Below, one piece after another: positions 7,220 through 15,141 of a DNA stretch of 64,000 bases. Source of the stretch: Candidatus Nomurabacteria bacterium (GTDB lineage: Bacteria > Patescibacteriota > Saccharimonadia > Saccharimonadales > VXPC01). The stretch covers positions 421,854-485,853 of the forward strand of contig JACKGQ010000001.1 in assembly GCA_020631905.1 (NCBI GenBank). The letters run 5' to 3'. Position numbers and translations under genes: made by a program. Numbering within the stretch: position 1 is the first letter of the stretch; every line of letters begins with the position of its first letter. The notes under the pieces are model-generated. The model saw only the letters and a program-made list of their open reading frames with translations, made no database searches and was not told where the DNA came from.

Positions 7220-8929
7220 ATGAGATACAGTAAAGCATTTGGTAAAACATCTAAAAACGAGGGTACCGACCTAAGTGTAAAGTCGCACCGTTTATTAGTG
7301 CAGGCAGGATATATTCGGGAGTCGACAGCAGGCCGCTATTACTTACTCCCGCTAGGCATAAAAGTGCAACATAAAATCATCGCGATTATTAAAAAACATA
7401 TGGATCAGGCTGGAGCACAACAACTCGTTACACCAACACTGCACCCGCTAGAGCTCTGGCAAGAAACTAATCGAGATAATGCAGCTGGTTACGAACTGAC
7501 CTATGTTACTGATCGTCGAGGCGCAAAGTTTGCGCTTGGGGGCACAGCCGAAGAAATGATTGTCGATCTAGTGCGTAAGTTTAATATAAGCTACAAAGAT
7601 CTACCTTTTAATGTCTATCAGTTTAGCTTGAAGTTTCGCGATGAAATGCGCGCTCGAGGTGGTTTATTGCGAGTTCGCGAATTTACCATGAAAGATGCTT
7701 ATTCGTTTGGTAACGAAGAGCAATTCGAAGAAACTTATCAGACGATGCGCCAGACATATACAGATATTTTTAAAGAGCTGGGGCTCGAGACAGCAGTCGC
7801 AGAAGCCGATAGCGGTTATATCGGGGGCGAGTATTGTCATGAGTTTATCGCCGATGCCGAAGTGGGAGAGAGTACCTATTACACCGATGGTGAATATGTA
7901 GCTCACGAAGATGTTGCAGTCTTTGAACTCGAACCGCTTAATCTAGAAGAACCAGAAGCTGAGCTGAAAGAAGTTGACGCCGAGCGCGGTACAACTATGC
8001 AGGACGGTGCTGCAATGCACAATCTGCCGATGTGGCAGCAGATCAAAGATGTGATGTATGTAGACGAGGCCAATAATCGCTATATTTTAGCGGTTATACG
8101 GGGAGATTTTGAAGTTAACGAAACCAAGTTGATGCGAGGCTTGGGCCTGCACAATCTACGACTGGCCAACGAAGAAGAAATACGCGATGATATAGGTAGC
8201 GAACCCGGCTTCATTTCGCCGGTAAAGATATCTAAAACAACAAAATCTGGTCGACAGCTAATTGTTGTCGGCGACCCAAGCTTAAAAACTGTTAAGAATG
8301 CGTATGGCGGGGCCAATAGCAAAAATCGCGATTTGCTTAACATTAATTTTGGGCGCGACTATCAGTTAGATCAAGAGTTTGATATCGCCATGGCCCAAGC
8401 AGGCTTTAAGGCAAAATCTGGCAAACCTCTAGAAATGCGAAAAGGTGTAGAGGTGGGCAATATTTTTCAGCTTGGCTACCATTACTCAAACTTAATGAAA
8501 AATGCCGAGTTTACAAATCAACAAGGCTTTCGCCAGAAGTACTACATGGGTTGTTATGGGATTGGGGTTGAACGCACACTAGCTACAATCGCCGAAGTAT
8601 ACGCCGATGAGCATGGGCTTGTCTGGCCGGCGAACGTAGCTCCATACGAGGTTTATCTTGTAAGTATTGGCGATATACAAGACCGAGCCGATGATGTTTA
8701 TGAGCAACTCACTAAAGCCGGAATAGATGTACTCTACGACGATCGCGATGTGCGGCCAGGCGAAAAAATGGCCGACGCGGATTTATTAGGTATACCGATA
8801 CGGCTCGTAATTAGTCCACGGAGCCTAGAAAGTGATCAAGTAGAAGTAAAGCTGCGCACCAGTGCTGAATCCGAACTTGTCGAGCTTAAATCATTAATCA
8901 AACATATACATCAACTGCTTTCAAAGTAG
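7220..8929 (+). CDS. proS: Prolyl-tRNA synthetase (bacterial type with insertion/editing domain)
   Basis: Class II motifs (FRDEMRARGGLLRVREFTMKDAYSF; GCYGIGVERT) and a C-terminal anticodon-binding domain. 569 aa. Confidence 0.92.
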   Translation: MRYSKAFGKTSKNEGTDLSVKSHRLLVQAGYIRESTAGRYYLLPLGIKVQHKIIAIIKKHMDQAGAQQLVTPTLHPLELWQETNRDNAAGYELTYVTDRRGAKFALGGTAEEMIVDLVRKFNISYKDLPFNVYQFSLKFRDEMRARGGLLRVREFTMKDAYSFGNEEQFEETYQTMRQTYTDIFKELGLETAVAEADSGYIGGEYCHEFIADAEVGESTYYTDGEYVAHEDVAVFELEPLNLEEPEAELKEVDAERGTTMQDGAAMHNLPMWQQIKDVMYVDEANNRYILAVIRGDFEVNETKLMRGLGLHNLRLANEEEIRDDIGSEPGFISPVKISKTTKSGRQLIVVGDPSLKTVKNAYGGANSKNRDLLNINFGRDYQLDQEFDIAMAQAGFKAKSGKPLEMRKGVEVGNIFQLGYHYSNLMKNAEFTNQQGFRQKYYMGCYGIGVERTLATIAEVYADEHGLVWPANVAPYEVYLVSIGDIQDRADDVYEQLTKAGIDVLYDDRDVRPGEKMADADLLGIPIRLVISPRSLESDQVEVKLRTSAESELVELKSLIKHIHQLLSK

Positions 8930-9052
8930 TTTTTTGGTTGTATAAAATAAAGCTGTACAACCGGCATTTGCTAGTGTAGACTGAAGCGCTAATAAACTAC
9001 TTTGAGCCAGATACGTGGGGACATCGCTGAGTTGTTAAATAGGAGTATTATT

Positions 9053-9508
9053 ATGAATAAACAGTTTCACTTAACCAAAGACGGAATCGAAGAGCTAAAT
9101 GCAGAAATCAAGCAGCTGATGAGTCGGCGAGTGGAAATCGCCGAAGCTATTAATATTGCGCGCCAACAGGGCGACTTGTCCGAGAATGCCGAATACACTG
9201 CTGCAAAATCCGACCAAGAACGTACTGAAAAGCGAATTGCCGAAATCGATCACATCCTAAAGAACGTGGCAGTTATTAAGCAGCGTAAATCCGACAAAGT
9301 TGTGCTAGGTTCGGTGGTTGAATTAAAAAATGCAGAAGGTAAAGCCACTTTTACAGTTGTCGGGACAGTTGAGGCTGATCCGCTTTCTGGCAAAGTAAGC
9401 GATGTCTCGCCAATCGGTAGTGCACTTTTGGGTAAATCAGTTGGTGATGACGTCGAGATCGTCTTGCCGAGCAAAACCAAGAAATATAAGGTCGCAAGCA
9501 TCAGCTAG
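9053..9508 (+). CDS. greA: Transcription elongation factor GreA
   Basis: LTKDGIEEL...GDLSENAEYTAAK coiled-coil followed by a C-terminal FKBP-like domain. AGGAG (9041-9045) lies 7 nt upstream of the ATG at 9053. The ORF track extends to a TTG at 9002. Confidence 0.9.
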   Translation: MNKQFHLTKDGIEELNAEIKQLMSRRVEIAEAINIARQQGDLSENAEYTAAKSDQERTEKRIAEIDHILKNVAVIKQRKSDKVVLGSVVELKNAEGKATFTVVGTVEADPLSGKVSDVSPIGSALLGKSVGDDVEIVLPSKTKKYKVASIS

Positions 9509-9530
9509 CGGTTATAGTTTTTGTATTACT

Positions 9531-9556
9531 TAGACCAGCTAGCAGTAGCTGGTCTA
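9531..9556 (+). terminator. Hairpin after greA (possible terminator)
   Basis: TAGACCAGCTA, loop GCAG, TAGCTGGTCTA: a perfect 11-bp stem. The T-tract is weak. Confidence 0.45.
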
Positions 9557-9588
9557 TAAAGTTTAAGTAAGGTAGAATAAGGCGAACT

Positions 9589-11550
9589 ATGGCAACACTC
9601 AAAGAATATCGAGACGAGCAGTTAGCAAAAGTATCAAGACTACGCGAAATGGGTATAGATCCGTATCCAGCCAAGAGCTTTCGCGATACTCAGGTTTCTG
9701 AAATCATTAACAACCCAGAATCAAAGATGGGCCAAGGTGTCTGTATAGCCGGTAGGTTAGTTGCACATCGTCAGCACGGCAAGGTTCAATTCATCGACCT
9801 AGAAGATTCCGGGGCCACAATCCAGGTGATAGTGCACGATGGCTCACTCCAACCAGAGTATCCAAAAGGCTTACTTGGTTTTGCAGATCTAGGCTTATTA
9901 ACGCGAGGTGATTTTGTAGAGGTAGCTGGGGTAGTAGCCAACAGCCAAACCGGTCAACTCTCGATCGAGGCCAAAGGCGTGCGCATATTAACCAAAGTAC
10001 TCCGACCACTGCCAGACAAGCTCGACGACAAAGAATCACGCCTACGCCGACGTTACCTCGACATGGCGGTTAACCCAGAAGTTCGTGAGCGATTTGTTCG
10101 TCGGAGCAAGTTTTGGCAAGCAACTCGTAATTTTTTAAACGGTGAAGGTTTTACTGAAATCAATATTCCTGTACTCGAGCATACGACTGGTGGGGCAGAT
10201 GCCAACCCATTCGTAACTCATATGGACGCGCTTGGCGAAGACTTTTATCTGCGGATTAGCCATGAGTTGCCACTCAAGCGGTTACTGGGAGCTGGTTTTA
10301 CTAAGGTTTACGACATAGGCCCACGCTTCCGCAACGAAAACTATAGTGATGAACATTTACCCGAACATGTAGCTATGGAATGGTACTGGGCTTATGCCAA
10401 CTGGGAAGATGGCATGCAACTAACTCAGAGAATGGTGCGCTACATTGCCGACAACACTTGGGGAACCCGCCAATTTACGCTAGCCAACGGTATGCAAATC
10501 GATCTAGGCGCCGACGATCAAGATTGGCCAAAAATAAGTTTTGTTGGCTTACTCCAAGAAAAATATGGTCTAGATGTGCACACATGCAGCCTCGAAGAAG
10601 CAGTAGCCAAACTCAAAGAAGTTGGTGGCGAGGTCGAGAAAGTCGAAAACCGCAGCCGGGTAATCGATAAACTTTGGAAACTCGAACGCATTAAAATTGC
10701 CGGGCCGGCATTTCTGATTGAAGTACCTGATTTCTTGCAGCCGCTCGCCAAACTCAACAATTCCGACAACCGTTCAAGTGAACAGTTCAACCTAATGCTG
10801 GGTGGCAGCGAAGCTTGCAAAGCATATAGTGAGCTTAACGATCCGCTAGATCAATATGGTCGGTTTGTGCAGCAACAGCAGATGCGTCAGGCGGGTGACG
10901 ACGAGGCGATGATGATGGATGTCGACTTTGTCGAGATGCTCGAGTATGGCATGCCGCCGGCATGTGGCTATGGCAATAGCGAGCGATTATTTTGGATGCT
11001 CGAAGGTGTAACCGCCCGCGAAGGTGTCGTGTTCCCACAACTTCGCAGGGAAGTTGACGAGACAACTAAGGGCATTTACCCCGAAGTATATGCTGCCGAT
11101 GGTTTGCTCGCCAATGCCAGTGGCCGCGAGCAGGACTTTACCAAAAGGATAGTCGCGGTGGTCAACAAGCAACTAGAGTCATGGCAAGTAGCCAACACGG
11201 CCGCCCATATGAGCGCCTACCATGCTCACAAAATGGCCAAAGACGAATTTGATAGTGGTGAGTTTTTTGTAACAAAAGATAACCACATGTTGCCCCGCAA
11301 CAGCCAGCACCCAATCCTTATCAAGAAAGCCGAGCTCAAAGAGCTACACAAGCTGTACAACAAAGCCAAAGAAGCAGGTATCCGGCTGCATGTATTTATA
11401 AAAGAGATGATCGATACAAATAGTGATGCCGAGATAGTTGAGTCGCTCAAATATCAAACAATCGACGAAGTAGTAATCTATGGTATCGCGCTGTATGGCG
11501 AAAACGAAACGGTCAATAATCTAACTAAGCATTTCCAGCTCTGGAACTAA
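9589..11550 (+). CDS. lysS: Lysyl-tRNA synthetase (class II) fused to a C-terminal DUF2000 / PTH2-like domain
   Basis: OB-fold N-terminus and class II core (FRNENYSDEHLPEH.MEWY; GYGNSERL). The LysRS body ends near VVFPQLRRE (about aa 490). An extra ~140 aa from about nt 11125 (KRIVAVVNKQLESWQVANTAAH...IYGIALYGENETVNNLTKHFQLW) resembles DUF2000. Confidence 0.88.
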   Translation: MATLKEYRDEQLAKVSRLREMGIDPYPAKSFRDTQVSEIINNPESKMGQGVCIAGRLVAHRQHGKVQFIDLEDSGATIQVIVHDGSLQPEYPKGLLGFADLGLLTRGDFVEVAGVVANSQTGQLSIEAKGVRILTKVLRPLPDKLDDKESRLRRRYLDMAVNPEVRERFVRRSKFWQATRNFLNGEGFTEINIPVLEHTTGGADANPFVTHMDALGEDFYLRISHELPLKRLLGAGFTKVYDIGPRFRNENYSDEHLPEHVAMEWYWAYANWEDGMQLTQRMVRYIADNTWGTRQFTLANGMQIDLGADDQDWPKISFVGLLQEKYGLDVHTCSLEEAVAKLKEVGGEVEKVENRSRVIDKLWKLERIKIAGPAFLIEVPDFLQPLAKLNNSDNRSSEQFNLMLGGSEACKAYSELNDPLDQYGRFVQQQQMRQAGDDEAMMMDVDFVEMLEYGMPPACGYGNSERLFWMLEGVTAREGVVFPQLRREVDETTKGIYPEVYAADGLLANASGREQDFTKRIVAVVNKQLESWQVANTAAHMSAYHAHKMAKDEFDSGEFFVTKDNHMLPRNSQHPILIKKAELKELHKLYNKAKEAGIRLHVFIKEMIDTNSDAEIVESLKYQTIDEVVIYGIALYGENETVNNLTKHFQLWN

Positions 11551-11596
11551 AAGCCTAAGCTTTCAATATATACTGTTTTGGTATAAAATATAAGTT

Positions 11597-12343
11597 ATGT
11601 CAAGAGAGCATGATGAACATATGCCCGAGCAGTCAGGTCACGATCACGATGTCGATGATAGATTGCCTTGCGCCGATCAACACCAGCATCAACACGACCA
11701 TGCCGAGGCCGGCCATAGCCATAGTTTGTCCGATATCACGCTCGATGAAGCCGAAGGCCACTTACGAGATGATGCAAGGGTTCTGAGCGCAGTTGGCGGT
11801 GCGGCTGTTGTTAGCGAAGCAGTCGGTTTGTCGTATCTAAAAACAGTTTTTTCGCTGGGGGGTGAAGATGCCTGGTGGGTAATTCGTAATGCTCGCAAAG
11901 CCTGGCGCAATGAAACAGGTAACCGCTGGCGAAAACTAAATGCTGCTTTCCAGGCAAGCAAAATATCTTTAGCTACAGTTGTGGCAGTTTCGGCATTTGC
12001 CGCACCGGTTGTCGAGTACATGGTCGACCACTCGCCGAAGCTTGCGACCACTGGTGTTTTTTGTGCTGCCGCAACTGCAACTTCCACAGTCGCACTAATC
12101 GAAGATGCCCGAAATGATCGCCTAAATCATGTGCATACAGACATAGCAGAAATGCACGCGCGCCAGTTTCGCACAGAGGGCATAATTGGTACGTATGTTC
12201 TTGGTTTTGCAGGCTACGAACTTATTGGTAATGGCAACCCAATCTATATGGCAATTGTCGGCGGCACAGACTGTTTATGGACAGGCTTTCGTAGTTGGCG
12301 ATATGTTTCTAGAGTTTCTGAGCTGCACAATCAGACACGATAA
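11597..12343 (+). CDS. Hypothetical membrane protein with a His/Asp-rich N-terminus
   Basis: 13 His in the first ~55 aa (HDEHMPEQSGHDHDVDD...QHQHQHDHAEAGHSH), followed by several hydrophobic helices. Confidence 0.7.
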   Translation: MSREHDEHMPEQSGHDHDVDDRLPCADQHQHQHDHAEAGHSHSLSDITLDEAEGHLRDDARVLSAVGGAAVVSEAVGLSYLKTVFSLGGEDAWWVIRNARKAWRNETGNRWRKLNAAFQASKISLATVVAVSAFAAPVVEYMVDHSPKLATTGVFCAAATATSTVALIEDARNDRLNHVHTDIAEMHARQFRTEGIIGTYVLGFAGYELIGNGNPIYMAIVGGTDCLWTGFRSWRYVSRVSELHNQTR

Positions 12344-12411
12344 TTAGCCAGCTAGTAATACAGATGAGTTTAATGTAAACTATTATTCGAATTAAGGGGA
12401 TATTATTAATT

Positions 12412-13368
12412 ATGGCTTCGTCCAAACGTACGACTACTAAAAAACCTAGCACAGCACGACCAAAAGCTGCCAAAAAACCAGCTGCGAGCAAGACAGCCGC
12501 TGTCAAAACAACTTCTAAAAAACCAGTTGCAAAAACGGTAGCAAAAAAAGTAACCAGCAAAACAACTGCTACTAAGGTAGCAAAACCTGCAGCTAAAAAG
12601 AAAAACGCTACAGATAAGTTTATGCAACTAAAACAGTGGAACCTAGCCCTAGGTGTACTTCATGCTGCTCAAGCAGTAGCGGTGTTTTTACTGGCCAAGG
12701 ATTTCCGAGTGCCTTTTAGAACAGAATATCTAACGTTTAACGAAGCTACACAGAGTTTAGAGTCGGCTTCGCGTTTGCTATTCGAACTACCGCTAGCTTG
12801 GCTAATTGTGGCCTTTTTCGCGATGAGCTCGATAGCCCATTTTGTAATTGCCGGACCTTGGTTTAAAAAATATAAAGCTGATTTAGAAAAAGGTATGAAC
12901 CGTGCTCGCTGGGTAGAGTACGCTGTAAGCGCCAGTACGATGATGGTCGCGATCGCAGCATTAGTTGGTGTAGTTAGTTTACCACTAGCCTTTAGCATGT
13001 TTGCATTAACTGCAGTCATGAACTTACTTGGTTTAGTTATGGAAACGCACAATCAGGGTCAAGCCAAACCAAATTGGCTGAGTTATTGGGTTGGCACAAT
13101 TGCCGGCTTAGTACCTTGGCTTGTTGTTGCCAGCTACTTTGTTAGTAACTGGTTTTATGGCAGTGGCAATCCGCCAACCTTTGTTTACATTATTTTTGTA
13201 AGCATTTTTGTAGCCTTTAGTAGTTTTGCAGTTAATATGTGGTTGCAGTACAAAAAGAAAGGCAAGTGGGCCGACTATCTTTACGGCGAAAAAGCCTATA
13301 TGGTTCTTAGCCTTGTTGCCAAAAGCGCCTTAGCTTGGCAAATATTTGGCGGTACTTTGCGCCCATAA
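12412..13368 (+). CDS. Heliorhodopsin, with a possible Lys/Ala/Thr-rich N-terminal extension
   Basis: aa 74-318 match heliorhodopsin along the whole length (GVLHAAQ; IAHFVI; RWVEYAVSAS; GLVPW; GEKAYMVLSLVAKSALAWQIFGGTL). Schiff-base Lys304 is at nt 13321-13323. The alternative start at M71 (nt 12622) would give a canonical-length protein. Confidence 0.88.
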   Translation: MASSKRTTTKKPSTARPKAAKKPAASKTAAVKTTSKKPVAKTVAKKVTSKTTATKVAKPAAKKKNATDKFMQLKQWNLALGVLHAAQAVAVFLLAKDFRVPFRTEYLTFNEATQSLESASRLLFELPLAWLIVAFFAMSSIAHFVIAGPWFKKYKADLEKGMNRARWVEYAVSASTMMVAIAALVGVVSLPLAFSMFALTAVMNLLGLVMETHNQGQAKPNWLSYWVGTIAGLVPWLVVASYFVSNWFYGSGNPPTFVYIIFVSIFVAFSSFAVNMWLQYKKKGKWADYLYGEKAYMVLSLVAKSALAWQIFGGTLRP

Positions 13369-13435
13369 ATATAGAGGATTATCTGCGGGTTAATGTAAGT
13401 TATTCAGGACATTATCTTTCTAAAGAGCGGTTTTA

Positions 13436-14071
13436 ATGCAGAGATTTGCAGCTTTCGATATCGATCAGACGTTGTATGCGGGTACGCTAGCACATGATTT
13501 TGTTATCGAACTTATCAATCATGGCGTAATTCCGAGCGATCTAGAAGAGGTCCAAAAATATTTTACTAACACCTCGGATGAGGCACTAGTAAACGCACTC
13601 CAGCAAGCACAAAGTTTAGGCCAGATGTCGTTCAAAGATTATGTTCAGGTGGGCATAGATACGGCTGTGAGCGTCGCCATTAATACTAATCGTGCCGTCT
13701 ATGACCTAATGCACAAAGCATGGGCAGTCGACGGCATGACAACCATTGCCATCTCGACTTCTCCGTATGCGGTCGTCAAACCATTTTGCGATAATGTTGG
13801 TCCATTTGAGTTTGTGATCGCGCCGATGGCTCAGAATATCGATGGATTTGTTGGACCAAGATCGATAATTCGTGCATCGGAGAGAACAAAAGGCGAGTGG
13901 CTACAGGGTTTGATTGACCTTTTTGGTTTTGTTTTAAAAGATAGTATTGCGATTGGTGATTCGGCTACAGACATAAGTATGCTTGAGCTTGTCGAGCGAC
14001 CAATAGCCTATCGCCCAACGCCAGAACTTCGCCAGGTTGCCGAGGCTCGAGCTTGGGAGATCTGGAACTAA
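13436..14071 (+). CDS. HAD-superfamily hydrolase (subfamily IB-like)
   Basis: Motif I FDIDQTL (DxDxT), motif II ISTSP, and motif IV GDSATDISML. Confidence 0.8.
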   Translation: MQRFAAFDIDQTLYAGTLAHDFVIELINHGVIPSDLEEVQKYFTNTSDEALVNALQQAQSLGQMSFKDYVQVGIDTAVSVAINTNRAVYDLMHKAWAVDGMTTIAISTSPYAVVKPFCDNVGPFEFVIAPMAQNIDGFVGPRSIIRASERTKGEWLQGLIDLFGFVLKDSIAIGDSATDISMLELVERPIAYRPTPELRQVAEARAWEIWN

Positions 14072-14079
14072 TTTCATAT

Positions 14080-14133
14080 AAAAAGAGAAAACCCCGGCCA
14101 ACGAGTGGCCAAGGGCTCTCTAGTTGGTCGGGG
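14080..14133 (-). terminator. Rho-independent terminator of the small minus-strand membrane gene (also closes the convergent HAD gene)
   Basis: On the minus strand, CCCCGACCAAC...GTTGGCCGGGG is followed by TTTTCTCTTTTT. An inner GGCCA-ACGAG-TGGCC hairpin is present. The sequence is related to 39458-39520. Confidence 0.7.
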
Positions 14134-14449
14134 CGTTGCGGTGTTCGCGAGCGTACTTCGATAGCAGGTAGAACATAATTCCAAGTCCATACCATGCACA
14201 GAAGAACATAGCTGCGCCGAACAAGTTTGATTCCGCAAGGCCTCCAAGGTAAACCGCAACCCCGAGCGGGATAAACGGTATGAAAGTGAACAAGAACAAG
14301 ATCCACGAAATACCGTAGGTAAGCCTCCAGGGCAAACTACAGCCTTCCGCGTCTTTCGAATGCTGCCAGATGATGAAACAGAACAACCCCACCACCAGAA
14401 ACAGGGCGACGATGTCCATTACCATATCCCAGATTTCTGAGGTGGTCAC
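14120..14449 (-). CDS. Small hydrophobic protein (~109 aa, 3-4 TM)
   Basis: GTG at 14449 with AAGGAG 7 nt upstream. The ORF track extends to 14476. It has its own terminator. Confidence 0.65.
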   Translation of the reverse strand: MTTSEIWDMVMDIVALFLVVGLFCFIIWQHSKDAEGCSLPWRLTYGISWILFLFTFIPFIPLGVAVYLGGLAESNLFGAAMFFCAWYGLGIMFYLLSKYAREHRNAPTN

Positions 14450-14541
14450 GCGAAATCTCCTTTTGTAAAAGAACACCTAAGCAGTAATTCTACACAATAT
14501 TGGAGCAGGGTAAAGCACGAGCTTTATTTAAACTAGTTGAT

Positions 14542-15129
14542 TTATTGACCGAAGAGCTCTTGAGCATATTCGACGTTAGCATCACGCACTGCCGTCTGAC
14601 AATCAAAATAGATATTAGGTCCTGCAGACATGCCGCAGGCTACATTTCCCATATATTCCTCGGAAAATCCCAACTTTCCATGTGGCTTATCAGATTTTGT
14701 AAATTTAGCATTTTCATCAATATATTTCGTAAATGTATTGTATTGTTGGGCATCTGATTCCGGGTAGGTGATTGTTAGATAGCATATTTGATTGCCTCCA
14801 TACTTTTCCTGTGTAATTCCGCAAGAGTTAGTAAACTCAGCATCAGCTGATATGGATGAGTTTGTAAAATCAACTAATTCATTAAAGTCTCTGAATAGGT
14901 TAGTCATAAAACGGCGATTCTGCCAATCGTCGTATTTACCATTTAGCCATATACTCAAAGGTATAAACAAAAGTAATATAAAAAAGCTAACCAGTTTATG
15001 TTTAAAGGCTAAGCTAACAACTTTATGCAGCATAGAGACGTTACTGGACTGCTTTGAGACTACTTTTGGGGTAGCTTGCTTGCTGGCTGGAGTTTTCTTT
15101 TTCGGAGTAGTTTTACTTGCTCTGGGCAT
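14542..15129 (-). CDS. Hypothetical membrane-anchored protein: Lys-rich N-terminus, one TM helix, Cys-containing extracytoplasmic domain
   Basis: MPRASKTTPKKKTPASKQATPK tail, a single TM helix (LVSFFILLLFIPLSIWL), and 4 Cys in the exported domain. It starts 12 nt after the upstream SGNH gene. Confidence 0.7.
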   Translation of the reverse strand: MPRASKTTPKKKTPASKQATPKVVSKQSSNVSMLHKVVSLAFKHKLVSFFILLLFIPLSIWLNGKYDDWQNRRFMTNLFRDFNELVDFTNSSISADAEFTNSCGITQEKYGGNQICYLTITYPESDAQQYNTFTKYIDENAKFTKSDKPHGKLGFSEEYMGNVACGMSAGPNIYFDCQTAVRDANVEYAQELFGQ

Positions 15130-15141
15130 AGATTAAGTATA

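Noticed and set aside
12309-12627. Minus-strand ORFs antisense to the Lys/Ala-rich tail region of the heliorhodopsin gene
   Set aside because: These are Phe/Cys/Ser-rich mirror translations of the AAA/GCN-rich sense strand. They have no RBS.
14500-15136. Plus-strand ORFs 14500-14757 and 14792-15136
   Set aside because: They are antisense to the better-supported 195-aa minus-strand gene, which has an anchor, an ectodomain and operon context.
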